Below, piece after piece: positions 30,707-40,623 of a DNA stretch of 64,000 nucleotides (position 1 is the first letter of the stretch; the number at the start of each line of letters is the position of its first letter). Under the pieces are notes generated by a model. The model had not been told where the DNA came from and searched no databases. It saw only the letters and a list, made by a program, of their open reading frames with translations. Origin of the DNA: Bdellovibrionota bacterium (GTDB lineage Bacteria; Bdellovibrionota_C; UBA2361; OMII01); contig JBIKLA010000004.1 in NCBI GenBank assembly GCA_044360075.1, positions 51,034 to 115,033 on the forward strand. The letters run 5' to 3'. The translations under genes and the position numbers were made by a program.

Positions 30707-32124
30707 GCCTTGCGCTTTCGCTCAGGGGCGGAGAGCGCAACACTCTCATGCTCTTTCTTCATGGCATCAAGCGCGGCCATGACAGCAGGCGGCGCCTTGA
30801 TTGGGCCGGGGTCTGAAGAGATCTTTGCGCGCATCGGGTCGACATACTTGCCCTTGTCGAAGAGCGCATAATGCAGGTGCGGGCCGCTGGAGAGCCCCGT
30901 GCTGCCCACGGCACCGATGACGCTGCCGCGATCGGTGTGTGACCCTTTGCGCAGGCCCTTCGTGATCCTGCTTAAGTGCATGTACTCGGTCGTGTAGCGC
31001 GAGCCGTGCGCAATGCGCACCATGTTCCCGCCTGAAGCGGAGTAGCCTGCAAACACAACCGTGCCTTCCCCGACGCTTCGGACTGGGGTTCCGGTCGGGG
31101 CGGAGAAGTCAACGCCGTGGTGCGGACGCTTTACCTTGAGAACCGGATGGAACCGAGCATTCGAGAACATAGAAGAAATTCGGGTGTACTTAACAGGATA
31201 CCGCAAAAATCCCTTGGTTGGGATCTCGCCCTTCTCGTTGAAGTAGCGCACGGTTCCGCCTTTGCCCACATCACGCACGACCGCATACATCTTGCCGCGG
31301 ATGACGAGTGAGGCGCTCTTAATCGAGCCTACGTCGATGATCTGCCCATCCTCGGTCACTTTCTCGTCATATGAGATTGTAAACGTATCTCCCGGCTGGA
31401 GATCCTTATTGAATTCGACCCGCTCGCCGAGGAGATCAACGAAGTCGTCAACAACATCATACGGAACGCTGGCGTTGCTGGCTGAATCAGTGAGGGATGA
31501 GTAGATGGTTCCCGACGCTCGGCGCTCGCGGATATTGATACGGGCCTTCTCGATGCGGGATGTATAGCCGCTGTCGGGGTGCCCCTCTATGACCATGGTA
31601 TCGCCGAAATTAAGCGAGCGCCTCACCTCGACCACCTCTCCGTCCTTGCGCCGAACTTCAAGAACCTCGCCAGCCCTGAGCGAGGCGTTTGACTTTCCGT
31701 GCTTCGTGAACGCCTTGGCGAAGTCGGCTGCCGCCTTCGGAGCGCCCTTGATAGCTCCCCACAACGATGTGAGGGTGGAGCCCTTGGCAACGGTGTGGGT
31801 TGCCTCCTCGTTGTCGTCTGCAGGATTGGAGAACGGGTTAACCGGGCTCTGGACGATAATATTGGTGCGAAGCGGCTCCTCGTATGTGCCGTTAAGGGTA
31901 TGGAATGGGCTGTCTGCCCCGTAGAGGATAGAGTCAGACGCATGTCGCACATCGAGCGCTCGCAGAAAGCGCTGTCCGGGGCGACTGGTCGTCACGATGA
32001 GAACACCACCCAATAGGACTATCGAGACCCGGGCGGCCCACACATACCTTGCCATGCCAGACCGAATGTATCCGGTGGCGTAGCCAGAGAACAAGGGGCG
32101 ACAACGGGCGTTGTGAAATCTCAA
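30703..32124 (-). CDS. M23 family metallopeptidase
   Basis: HHGVDF...GSTGLSSGPHLHY motifs. Confidence 0.85.
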   Translation of the reverse strand: MRFHNARCRPLFSGYATGYIRSGMARYVWAARVSIVLLGGVLIVTTSRPGQRFLRALDVRHASDSILYGADSPFHTLNGTYEEPLRTNIIVQSPVNPFSNPADDNEEATHTVAKGSTLTSLWGAIKGAPKAAADFAKAFTKHGKSNASLRAGEVLEVRRKDGEVVEVRRSLNFGDTMVIEGHPDSGYTSRIEKARINIRERRASGTIYSSLTDSASNASVPYDVVDDFVDLLGERVEFNKDLQPGDTFTISYDEKVTEDGQIIDVGSIKSASLVIRGKMYAVVRDVGKGGTVRYFNEKGEIPTKGFLRYPVKYTRISSMFSNARFHPVLKVKRPHHGVDFSAPTGTPVRSVGEGTVVFAGYSASGGNMVRIAHGSRYTTEYMHLSRITKGLRKGSHTDRGSVIGAVGSTGLSSGPHLHYALFDKGKYVDPMRAKISSDPGPIKAPPAVMAALDAMKKEHESVALSAPERKRKA

Positions 32125-32800
32125 ACCACCGTTCTGGTCGGATGTTTTAATGTGTACGGGAACCCCGGAGGCGACGAGGTTACCTGGGGAGGTCCTGTTC
32201 GATCGCTCGTAACAGTACGCCCCGGGATCCTTGAGATGCTAACGACCAACCCAGGCTCCGCACTGGGGAAGCCGTCTCGAAAAAGCTGGCCTGGCTCCTC
32301 CCCTGGTTCTTACGGCATGCAAGCACCCCGAGAGCGAGCGCCTGCTCGATCGGATGGGCGAATCCAAGCCCCGGGGCAGCGACGCTTTGTCCCTGCTACT
32401 CTCGGGGCATCGCGTGCGCCCCCAGAACGCTTGGGTTGATCGAGGGGGGGGCCTTGCCTTCCCATCTGGCCGCTCAAGGCCCTGCGAATCTGCCTCCTCG
32501 CTCGGGCGACTCAATTTAAGAGACTTCGCGAAATCCTTGGGGGCGACCGCCCGCCTGTCGGCCTGGGGATAATACTAATCCAGGAGGGCCATAAGAGCCT
32601 TGAGGGCATCCGTATCCCCCACGCCCGTAGGAACGTGCATGCTTACCTCGCGGATCGGCTCCTGGGTCCGCAATCTGTACCTTCTGGCGCTTTCGCACCG
32701 TTGCGTCCGCCCTAAGTGAAGAATTTAGCACATGATTGTTCCGCCCTGGGCCGAAGCGGGCTAGAGAGCAGCCGTGCCGCCAGCTATACTCATTGCTACC

Positions 32801-33196
32801 ATGGTGGTCATCGCTCTTGATATTGGCACAATACGAGTCGGCTGCGCCGTAGCCGATGACTCGGTGCGGATTCCGTTCCCAGTCGCCGTATGGCCGCGCG
32901 CCAAGTACAAGGCAGAGCAGGAGATCTTAAAGCTTATCATCGAGCGCAAGGCTGCGCTGCTGGTGGCGGGGCTGCCTCTGGGGCGTGACGGGGAGCGCAC
33001 GGCTATCTGTGATTCGATCGAGTCGTTCGTTCGTCGTCTTGCGAAGAGGTCCCCGATCAAGATTGTATACGTTGATGAGTCGTTCTCGTCGCAGGAGGCT
33101 GTCCAGCGCCTGGTGCAGGCGGGAGGCGACACCTCAAAGGATGTCGACGCGCTGGCTGCGTGCCTTATCCTTGAGCGATACTTTGAACGTAACTGA
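32801..33196 (+). CDS. ruvX: Holliday junction resolvase-like RNase RuvX/YqgF
   Basis: ALDIGTIRVGCAV start motif and overall YqgF similarity. The ORF begins at 32774, but the ATG at 32801 fits family length. Confidence 0.85.
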   Translation: MVVIALDIGTIRVGCAVADDSVRIPFPVAVWPRAKYKAEQEILKLIIERKAALLVAGLPLGRDGERTAICDSIESFVRRLAKRSPIKIVYVDESFSSQEAVQRLVQAGGDTSKDVDALAACLILERYFERN

Positions 33197-33213
33197 ACCC
33201 CGAGGCCCTAACC

Positions 33214-34266
33214 GTGCTGCGTAGGATAGCTCTCACCTTCCTCTACGTCTTCGTGCCGCTCGCCGTTGTCGGCGTGTCGTATCGTGCGCTGGAATACTAC
33301 CTTCTGGACCCTGCCAAGCCAGGGGACACCCAAACCGTGCCGATCGAAGTCACTCCAGAGAAGAGCTTCCGTGAGTTCGCAAAGGAGCTTGAGTCCAAGG
33401 GGCTCGTGCGGACGGCCCTGTCGCTGCGGGCCATCGCCCGATTCAAGGAGCTCGACAAGGACCTCAAGGCTGGAGAGTACGAACTATCTCCGTCGATGAC
33501 CCCTGAAGAGATTCTCGCAAAGATCGTTCGGGGCGAGATGGTACTTCGGCGTGCCACCATCAAGGAGGGCACACGCGCTCTTGATATGGGCCCCCTCTTT
33601 GAGGCCGCCGGAATCACGACGGCTGCGGAATTCAACGCGGCGCTCTCCGACCAGGAGCTCATAAAACAGCTCAACGTGCCGGCGGCGTCTTTTGAGGGGT
33701 ACCTCTTCCCCGAGACGTACCAATTTCCCCGCAACACCCCTGCAAGAAAGGTCATCACCGCAATGAAGGGGCAGTTTGACTCCCACTGGTCGCCCGAATG
33801 GGAGGATCGCCTCAGGCTTGTTGGTCGCTCAAGGCACGAGGTCGTGACTCTTGCCTCGATCGTCGAGAAAGAGTCTGGGAACGTCGATGAGCAGCCGAAA
33901 ATAGCGGGTGTTTTCTTCAACCGCCTGCAGCTAGGGATGAAGCTCCAGGCAGACCCGACAGTTATCTACGGGATCGAAAACTTCAACGGAAACATAACAA
34001 AGGAAGATCTGCAGCGCCCGACGCCGTACAACACCTACGTCATCCCTGGTCTCCCTCCTGGGCCGATATCGAACCCAGGCCGCAGTGCGCTCAGCGCAAC
34101 GCTTTTTCCAGAGCGGTCCAGCTATCTCTACTTCGTCGGAAACGGAAAGGGCCGTCACGTCTTCTCTGATACACTCTTTGACCACAACAATGCGGTGAAC
34201 GAGTTCCAGCGCGGCGGCGGCGCTTCGGCACCAACCGAGGCCCCCACCTCCACCCCGGTTCCGTAG
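33214..34266 (+). CDS. mltG: endolytic murein transglycosylase MltG (YceG-like)
   Basis: N-terminal TM and a YceG domain (AGEYEL..., conserved catalytic-region motifs). Confidence 0.88.
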   Translation: MLRRIALTFLYVFVPLAVVGVSYRALEYYLLDPAKPGDTQTVPIEVTPEKSFREFAKELESKGLVRTALSLRAIARFKELDKDLKAGEYELSPSMTPEEILAKIVRGEMVLRRATIKEGTRALDMGPLFEAAGITTAAEFNAALSDQELIKQLNVPAASFEGYLFPETYQFPRNTPARKVITAMKGQFDSHWSPEWEDRLRLVGRSRHEVVTLASIVEKESGNVDEQPKIAGVFFNRLQLGMKLQADPTVIYGIENFNGNITKEDLQRPTPYNTYVIPGLPPGPISNPGRSALSATLFPERSSYLYFVGNGKGRHVFSDTLFDHNNAVNEFQRGGGASAPTEAPTSTPVP

Positions 34267-34273
34267 CGCAGAT

Positions 34274-36442
34274 ATGGAGCATCCAATCTCCAAGCTGCTA
34301 CTTGATGTCATGGCGCGCGAAACGCGCAACCGCAGAATCGCGCTCGTACTGATCGGCGCTACAGCCACGTGCGGCGCCGCCGTCATCGCAGTTTCCGTCG
34401 CCCTCTACCCACCAGGCATCGCTCTCGGCGCCTGCGCGCTCGTTGTGGCCTGCCTCGCCGCAGTCTTTAGGGACACCGTCCGACCCCTCTCTGTTTCTGC
34501 CGCTGAGGCGGCGCTCCTCCTCGACAGGACCCTCCCAACCGGCGATCGAGTCGGCGCGCTCTTGCACCTTCAGGCTTCCACCGACCAGGGCGGCGGGCCA
34601 CATGCCCAGCTTATCGCCCACCAGCTCTCAGCCATCCTTGTGTCGGCCCCGCCCGCGCAAGAGATAGCCCCTCTCACGCTCTCGCCGTCCGAGCGCCGGG
34701 CGCGCATCCTGACCCCCCTTCTTGCTGCGGTCTTCCTGCTGCTTGTCACCTTCCGTCCGGTGCCGCCCCAGTTCGCAATAGCCGACAACATCGAATCGAT
34801 CGTCTCAGAAAACCCGTCACTGCCCGCGCCGTTGCGAGAGCAGGCTCTCAATCTCGTCGAGGCCATACGGGAAGCCCCTCAGAACGTTGAGCAGCTGCGA
34901 GATGAGCTTAATCGCACGCGCGACGAGGTTTCACAGGCGCTGAGCGAAATAGGCGGGCGCGGTGATGACGTTGATACCATTCTCAAAAATGAGCAGGCCT
35001 CGCGGCCAGCCCGTAACGTTCCGCAGCAACCGGCTTCCTCAAAGGGCCAGCCTCCCACGCCGACACCGAAACCGAAGGTGCCTTCAGCGCAGCGCCAGGA
35101 GCAGCAGAAGCAGCCATCTGCGCTGGAGGACCGCAGCAACGATACGACGGGCGGGAAGCCGCCGCCGCAAGACAACAGCGAAAGCTCCCAATCGAGCGGC
35201 GACAAACAACAGAATGAGAAGCAGGGCGAACAGGGTGGCTCCGGATCGGGGGCACCCAAGGAAGATTCGGGCAACAGCAACAAAGATGGCGGCTCAAGGA
35301 GCGAGCAGGGGACAGAGGAGAAGGAGTCGCAAGGAGGCGGCGGTTCCCAATCTGGCGACGGAGAGCAGTCCGCCTCGGGCGATTCGCAGCAGGAGCAGCA
35401 AGGCGGAGGTTCACAGGGCCAAGGCTCACAGGGCGAAGGCTCGGGTGACGGCAAGGGCAAGGGCGGACAGAAACCTGGCACCGATGAAAGCAAGGGCGAG
35501 GGGCAAGGGCAGGGAGATGGCGCCTCTCAAGGCAGCGGCTCTGGCGGCAAGGAGGGCGGAGAGAAAAAACCTGGAGGCTCTCGCTCGGAGCGCGGCGAGC
35601 AGGGAAGCGAAAGTAGCTCCTCGCAGGGCGGCGAGAGCGGCTCTCAGGGCCAGTCCCAGGGCTCAGGGCGTGCAGCTAAGGGAGATTCATCTCAACAGGA
35701 CCTTGAGAAGCTCAGCAGCGCACTCAACCAGCTAGAGCAGCAACTCGACCAGGAGCAGCAAAAAGAGCAGGGAGAGGGCTCATCTTCTGCCGGCACCCAG
35801 AAGGAGCAGAAGCAGCAGGGAAAAGAAGGGCAGGGCAAATCACAGCCCCAGGGTGACAAAAGTGGCGAGAAGGGAGCAGGGGCACAAAGCTCAACCCGTT
35901 CCCAATCCGATACGCAGAACCAGAAGGGCTCTGGCGAGCAAAGTGGAGAGAGCCGCTCAAAGAAAGAGGGGCAGGGCAACACCAAGGACGCACAGAGCAG
36001 CGCCCAACAAGGCAGCCCTACCGAGCAAAAAAAAGATGATGGGGTAGGGGACGAGGCTACCTCACAGAAAGGACAGCCATCTAACAGCGACAAGCCGCAG
36101 GAGAGCCCGGAGTCTTCAAGCAAGAAAGATGGCAAGCGCGACAGTTCCGGCGATCGCTCTGCGATGCCCGATCGCAACGCGCCGCCGAAGGAAGGCGGCT
36201 TCTCAGACCGAGACCCCGGACCAGGGCTTGGGGCGAACCAGTCCTTCAACGAGTCAAAGATTGAGGCCCGCGAGGAACAGGTCGACCAGCGATTTACCGG
36301 CGGGGACTCGAGCCTTGAGAAGAGCTCTCAGGAGGCCCAGGCTAAGACGTCGATTGAGGACTTAACGATCGCAAAGCCCAAGAGCTCCGTGCAGCGCGGT
36401 GAGCAGCCGATACCCCTCGAGTACCGCGATCTACTAAAGTAA
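34274..36442 (+). CDS. membrane-anchored protein with ~500-aa intrinsically disordered G/S/Q/E/K-rich tail
   Basis: Two to three N-terminal TM helices followed by extreme low-complexity sequence. It ends ...GEQPIPLEYRDLLK. Confidence 0.6.
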   Translation: MEHPISKLLLDVMARETRNRRIALVLIGATATCGAAVIAVSVALYPPGIALGACALVVACLAAVFRDTVRPLSVSAAEAALLLDRTLPTGDRVGALLHLQASTDQGGGPHAQLIAHQLSAILVSAPPAQEIAPLTLSPSERRARILTPLLAAVFLLLVTFRPVPPQFAIADNIESIVSENPSLPAPLREQALNLVEAIREAPQNVEQLRDELNRTRDEVSQALSEIGGRGDDVDTILKNEQASRPARNVPQQPASSKGQPPTPTPKPKVPSAQRQEQQKQPSALEDRSNDTTGGKPPPQDNSESSQSSGDKQQNEKQGEQGGSGSGAPKEDSGNSNKDGGSRSEQGTEEKESQGGGGSQSGDGEQSASGDSQQEQQGGGSQGQGSQGEGSGDGKGKGGQKPGTDESKGEGQGQGDGASQGSGSGGKEGGEKKPGGSRSERGEQGSESSSSQGGESGSQGQSQGSGRAAKGDSSQQDLEKLSSALNQLEQQLDQEQQKEQGEGSSSAGTQKEQKQQGKEGQGKSQPQGDKSGEKGAGAQSSTRSQSDTQNQKGSGEQSGESRSKKEGQGNTKDAQSSAQQGSPTEQKKDDGVGDEATSQKGQPSNSDKPQESPESSSKKDGKRDSSGDRSAMPDRNAPPKEGGFSDRDPGPGLGANQSFNESKIEAREEQVDQRFTGGDSSLEKSSQEAQAKTSIEDLTIAKPKSSVQRGEQPIPLEYRDLLK

Positions 36443-36513
36443 TTGCGCTCTCTTCGTTGACTGGTCGAGGCAGGTCCGATACCGCCACGGGATGTCTGAT
36501 GCTCGAGCTTGAG
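36361..36513 (+). repeat. direct repeat copy A (covers last 27 codons of 34274-36442 gene plus 68 bp downstream)
   Basis: About 90% identical to 39312-39456. Confidence 0.75.
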
Positions 36514-37299
36514 CAGAACTAGAAGCTCAAAAGGTATGGGTGGGAGTTGTCCCCGCTGGCCCACGTCTCATGGGAATCTCTCACAAGCCTGCCGTGCGAT
36601 GGGGCGTGAATGTTTCTCCCCCGTAGCCGGGCTACAAGGGAAGGGAAAAAGGGAAAAGGTAAAGGGAATTCAGCTCGCCGTTCACCGCCGAGTGGTCGGC
36701 TTGCAACTCAGTGCCGGAGGTACATCAAAAATGGGGGGCCACAGAGGACGCAGAGGTCCACAATGGAACATCTACTTGTGAGTAACGCGCTACCCGTATT
36801 CTACGGCACCATTCTACTGCTGCGCATCTCGCGACTTATCACTTTTGCATGGGGTTTCTCGATTTAGCTCTCATGCTGAGGCTTGAGGCGTTCCGCTTGA
36901 GTCTTCTGGACTTCGTTTCTCAAGTCCCCGTCACTACTAGTGAGAAAATACTCGCCGGCCCGTATTTCTATTCTAGCCTGACGTGCTTCATGGCTGTGCG
37001 CTCATTAGGATTCGTGTATCTCCGACACAGTAGATTCCTTAGATGCCCCACAGATGTTCTACTTTTAGATCTCTCCGACGGAGCGGCGCTTGGCGCTCCC
37101 GAAGCCCCACCCCTATGCATCACCCCTCCCCAGACGGAAGCTGCCCTTACAATTATTGGGGAAAGCCACTGTCTTGACACCCCTCACCCCCTACACTACA
37201 AGCCATTGAAAAGGGGGGGATACACCTCGCCCTCAAAGGCTCGGGCAAGGCGAATCACCGAGTCCCTACATTTGTAATCGGTCGAGGAGAATAATTACC

Positions 37300-37836
37300 A
37301 TGAAAAAAGTCGTCCTTGTTGTATCCACGTTGATGCTGTCTTGGAGTGCGATGTGCCAGGCTGAAGAGAAAGAAATTCTCATGCCTGCCATTGCGGTGTC
37401 GGTCTCTGATGCAAAGGAGCTGCGCGAGGTGAATAAGCTGCTGAAACAGGAGCAGGTCCTGCAAGAGAAGATCATGGCGAAGGAGGGATTGACGCATGTT
37501 CAGCCCGAGCTGCCAAAGTACAACGTGATTAGCGACAACAGTGTGCGCGCGCTACTCAGCCAACTTGACTACACGAACCTTGCGCTCAAGCTTGGGGCAC
37601 CTCTTCCTGCTCGGCCAGATCTGCCAAGCGGAACTCCCTTTGAGAACAACCGCTTCTTGCACGCCTACAACAACCTCATTCTGCGCAGCATCGCCCAGCA
37701 CCTTGGGCTACCGGTTCCAGCCAAGCCCGACCTCTCTGGGAAGGATAACGTTGAGGATCAGTGCTACGCCTTAGTGCGCGAGAACAAGGACGTTCTGCGC
37801 AGCATTGGCGTGAAGCGAGGATCGATAACTCGCTAA
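37300..37836 (+). CDS. secreted hypothetical protein (lower GC than surroundings)
   Basis: Signal peptide MKKVVLVVSTLMLSWSAMCQA. GC is noticeably lower by eye (many A/T third positions). Confidence 0.55.
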   Translation: MKKVVLVVSTLMLSWSAMCQAEEKEILMPAIAVSVSDAKELREVNKLLKQEQVLQEKIMAKEGLTHVQPELPKYNVISDNSVRALLSQLDYTNLALKLGAPLPARPDLPSGTPFENNRFLHAYNNLILRSIAQHLGLPVPAKPDLSGKDNVEDQCYALVRENKDVLRSIGVKRGSITR

Positions 37837-37837
37837 A

Positions 37838-39067
37838 GTGCCAACTCTAAACGAAGAGGTGTTCGGTAGCATCGCTGCCCTATGCGCGTATGCTGCCGAA
37901 CACAGCCCTTTTTATGCCCGCACCCTTCGTCCTGTGCGGAGCTGGGACGACTTTTACTCGCTTCCGATCTTAACCGGCGATGACCTCCGACGGCACGTCA
38001 ACGCAGACGGCACCGGAGATCTCCTCACCGGACCCACCCGCGGCTCGCTAGTCGTCAGCACATCAGCCACGAGCGGGGCGCGGAAGATTGTTCATCGTGA
38101 GTTCGCCGACCAGCATCGCGTTTCGGAGGGGCTTGCGATGGCGATGCGGCTCGCTGGATTCACGGCGGATGACCGCATAGCAAACATCTTTCCCCCCGGC
38201 GGTCTCTTGGCCGCTTGGATTGGGGCGCATGAGGCTATTGAGAAGCTCGGTGCAACGCTCCTTCCCCTTGGGACGACGCTGCCTCTTGATGTTGATGAGC
38301 AGGTGAAGCTCCTCACCTGCTTGCGCCCCACAGCTATTATCAGTGCGCCCTCAACGCTGGTGCGACTGATAGAGGGCGGGCTGCCTCCGATTCCCTCCGT
38401 GCTGTGCGGCGGCGAGACGCTCTTTCCTGAGACGCGGGCCTTTATGGAGAAGGCGCTTGGGGCTGAGATCGCACTCGTGTATGGGAACGTAGAGTGCGGC
38501 ACGCTTGGGGTGCAGTGTGAGGCGCTCCGTCGGACGCAGCGGTATCATGTTCTCACGCGAGATGTTTTTATTGAGATCGTCGACCCGGTAAGTGGCATGC
38601 CCGCCAACGAGGGAGAGATCCTCGTCACACACTTACACCGGCGTATACAGCCGCTCATCCGCTACCACGTGGGAGACCGGGTGCGTCGCGTTGATTCTCC
38701 ATGCGGCTGCGGCCTTGCGCTCCCCGTAATTGAACTAGAGGGGCGGGTTGAGGAACTTGAGGTAGTCATTGGCGATGTTTCTTTGAGTGCTGACCAAGTG
38801 GTGGCTGCTGTCCGTGATGTGCCGGGGATCGGTGAACGGTTCCAGATGCGCGTTCAGTGTCTTAACAAAGGGGACCAAGTTAAGATCCTATTTGAGGGGG
38901 AAGGGGTGTCGGCTGAGACGGTGCGCGCTGCGCTGCTGGGGAGGGAGCCAGCGCTTCGTGCGCTTGAAGACGGAGGCGCCCTGGTCATCGAAGTAGTCAA
39001 GCGGGGCGCAATCCCCACCACCCTCGCGGGGAAGACGCCACGAATTGTGGATGAGCGCTTGGGCTAA
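37838..39067 (+). CDS. PaaK-like adenylate-forming enzyme (phenylacetate-CoA ligase / F390 synthetase family)
   Basis: SGTTGKP-like AMP-binding motif region (STSATSGARK), YGNVECG and overall PaaK architecture of about 410 aa. Confidence 0.7.
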   Translation: MPTLNEEVFGSIAALCAYAAEHSPFYARTLRPVRSWDDFYSLPILTGDDLRRHVNADGTGDLLTGPTRGSLVVSTSATSGARKIVHREFADQHRVSEGLAMAMRLAGFTADDRIANIFPPGGLLAAWIGAHEAIEKLGATLLPLGTTLPLDVDEQVKLLTCLRPTAIISAPSTLVRLIEGGLPPIPSVLCGGETLFPETRAFMEKALGAEIALVYGNVECGTLGVQCEALRRTQRYHVLTRDVFIEIVDPVSGMPANEGEILVTHLHRRIQPLIRYHVGDRVRRVDSPCGCGLALPVIELEGRVEELEVVIGDVSLSADQVVAAVRDVPGIGERFQMRVQCLNKGDQVKILFEGEGVSAETVRAALLGREPALRALEDGGALVIEVVKRGAIPTTLAGKTPRIVDERLG

Positions 39068-39311
39068 GAGACATAAAAGACAGGTAGTGCGTTCATCTCT
39101 GGTGTAGATGGTGCATGGCGTCTCCGTTGCTGCGCTCTTAAGAGAGCTTTCACTCTAGGAGGGTGGAGAAGTGTTGTGGGGTTGTAGCACCGCACCAAAG
39201 GGTTTCACCAAAGGGTTTTTAGGGAGATAACCCGCACCAGGGGGGTGACGTGTGGCCCTGTACCGGAATAGCAACCCCGAATTAGCAAAAGTGACCCCCC
39301 ACTCCTCAAGT

Positions 39312-39456
39312 CTTAACGATCGCAAAGCTCCGTGTAACGCGGTGAGCAGCCGATACCACTCGAGTACCGCGATCTTCTAAAGTAATTACGCTCTCTTCGT
39401 TGACCGCTCGAGGCAGGTCCGATGCCGCCACGGGATGCTTGATGCTCGAGCCTTGA
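39312..39456 (+). repeat. direct repeat copy B (degenerate remnant of gene 3' end; 8-bp deletion creates a stop)
   Basis: CTTAACGATCGCAAAG...GAGTACCGCGATCTTCTAAAGTAATTACGCTCTCTTCGTTGAC... matches copy A. Confidence 0.75.
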
Positions 39457-39600
39457 TTTCGTCTACGAGGAGCCTGATTAAAATGGCTGGCTCTCATCCT
39501 TAATCGATATGAACCGCGGCGCACGGCCGATCAACCGACCGTTGCGACACCGCAGCCGGCAAAGTAGATTGATCTGGTACTACAACTCCCAGAGCTCCCT

Positions 39601-40614
39601 ATGACCGACCTTGATATCCGAGACGCTGCCGCCCTCGACAGAGCGATGGGTGACTTCCAATCGTCGTTTGCCAAGATAGAACAAGAGGTCGCTAAGTCAA
39701 TCGTCGGCATGCACGACATAGTACGCGGAGTAGTTTCATCCGTTTGTGCTCGGGGGCACGTGCTCCTTGAGGGTGTTCCTGGCTTGGGGAAAACGCTCCT
39801 AGTGAAATCTATCGCCCAGACGCTCGGCCTCTCGTTTAAGCGCGTGCAGTTTACTCCAGACCTCATGCCCTCCGATGTAACGGGCACCCAGGTCCTTACT
39901 GATGACGCCAGCGGACAGCGGCGGTTTGTGTTCCGGCAGGGCCCCATCTTCGCCAACATCGTGCTCGCTGACGAGATCAACCGCGCCACGCCAAAAACTC
40001 AAAGCTCCCTTCTTGAGGCGATGGAGGAGCGCCAGGTGACAGTACTCGACCAGACCTATCCGCTCCCGCAGCCGTTTTTTGTCCTCGCCACGCAGAACCC
40101 CATAGAGAACGAGGGCACGTATCCCTTGCCCGAAGCGCAGCTCGATCGATTTCTCATGAAGCTCGTGGTCCCGGCACCCTCGGCCAAAGAGCTCAAGGAG
40201 ATCCTCACGCGAACTACCGGCACTTCATCGAGCGAGCTGCGTCCGGTGTTCCCACCCGACGAGGCGGGCGCATACATCGCGTCGATGCAGCGTATCGTCC
40301 GGCACGTCGTTGTGTCCGACCCGATGCACGAGGTCATCGTTCGGCTCATCTCGGCGCTCACACCCTCATCAGAGTTCGCAACGCCGAAGGTCAAGAAGTA
40401 TGCACGCTTTGGCCCAGGCCCGCGCGGGGCGCAGTCACTCGTCCTCGCCGCTAAGGTAAGCGCTCTTCTTGACCGCCGCATCAACCTCTCGTTTGAGGAC
40501 ATCAGGGGCGCCATTAAGCAGACGCTTCGCCACCGGCTAATCTTAAACTTCCAAGCTGAGGCCGACGGCGTAACCACCGATGACCTCATCGAGGAGGTTC
40601 GAAACGCAAAGTAG
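39601..40614 (+). CDS. MoxR-like AAA+ ATPase
   Basis: LLEGVPGLGKT Walker A and MoxR family features. Confidence 0.9.
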   Translation: MTDLDIRDAAALDRAMGDFQSSFAKIEQEVAKSIVGMHDIVRGVVSSVCARGHVLLEGVPGLGKTLLVKSIAQTLGLSFKRVQFTPDLMPSDVTGTQVLTDDASGQRRFVFRQGPIFANIVLADEINRATPKTQSSLLEAMEERQVTVLDQTYPLPQPFFVLATQNPIENEGTYPLPEAQLDRFLMKLVVPAPSAKELKEILTRTTGTSSSELRPVFPPDEAGAYIASMQRIVRHVVVSDPMHEVIVRLISALTPSSEFATPKVKKYARFGPGPRGAQSLVLAAKVSALLDRRINLSFEDIRGAIKQTLRHRLILNFQAEADGVTTDDLIEEVRNAK

Positions 40615-40623
40615 TCCCTGCCT

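Noticed and set aside
32125-32770. Looked for tmRNA, RNase P or SRP RNA motifs in the long intergenic gap
   Set aside because: No match by eye to the conserved cores (GGUCCGGAAGGAAGCAGC for SRP, GAGGAAAGUCCGGGCUCC for RNase P, the tRNA-like end of tmRNA). This needs an Rfam scan.
36514-37299. ORFs 36509-36781, 36610-36867 and 36849-37277 in the insert's left arm
   Set aside because: Irregular composition, no RBS, and Cys/Arg/His-rich translations. They are probably non-coding AT-richer spacer of the inserted segment.
36361-39456. Classic integrase-mediated genomic island
   Set aside because: No tyrosine or serine recombinase, tRNA or other mobility gene is present. Only the direct repeats and the GC dip support foreign origin.
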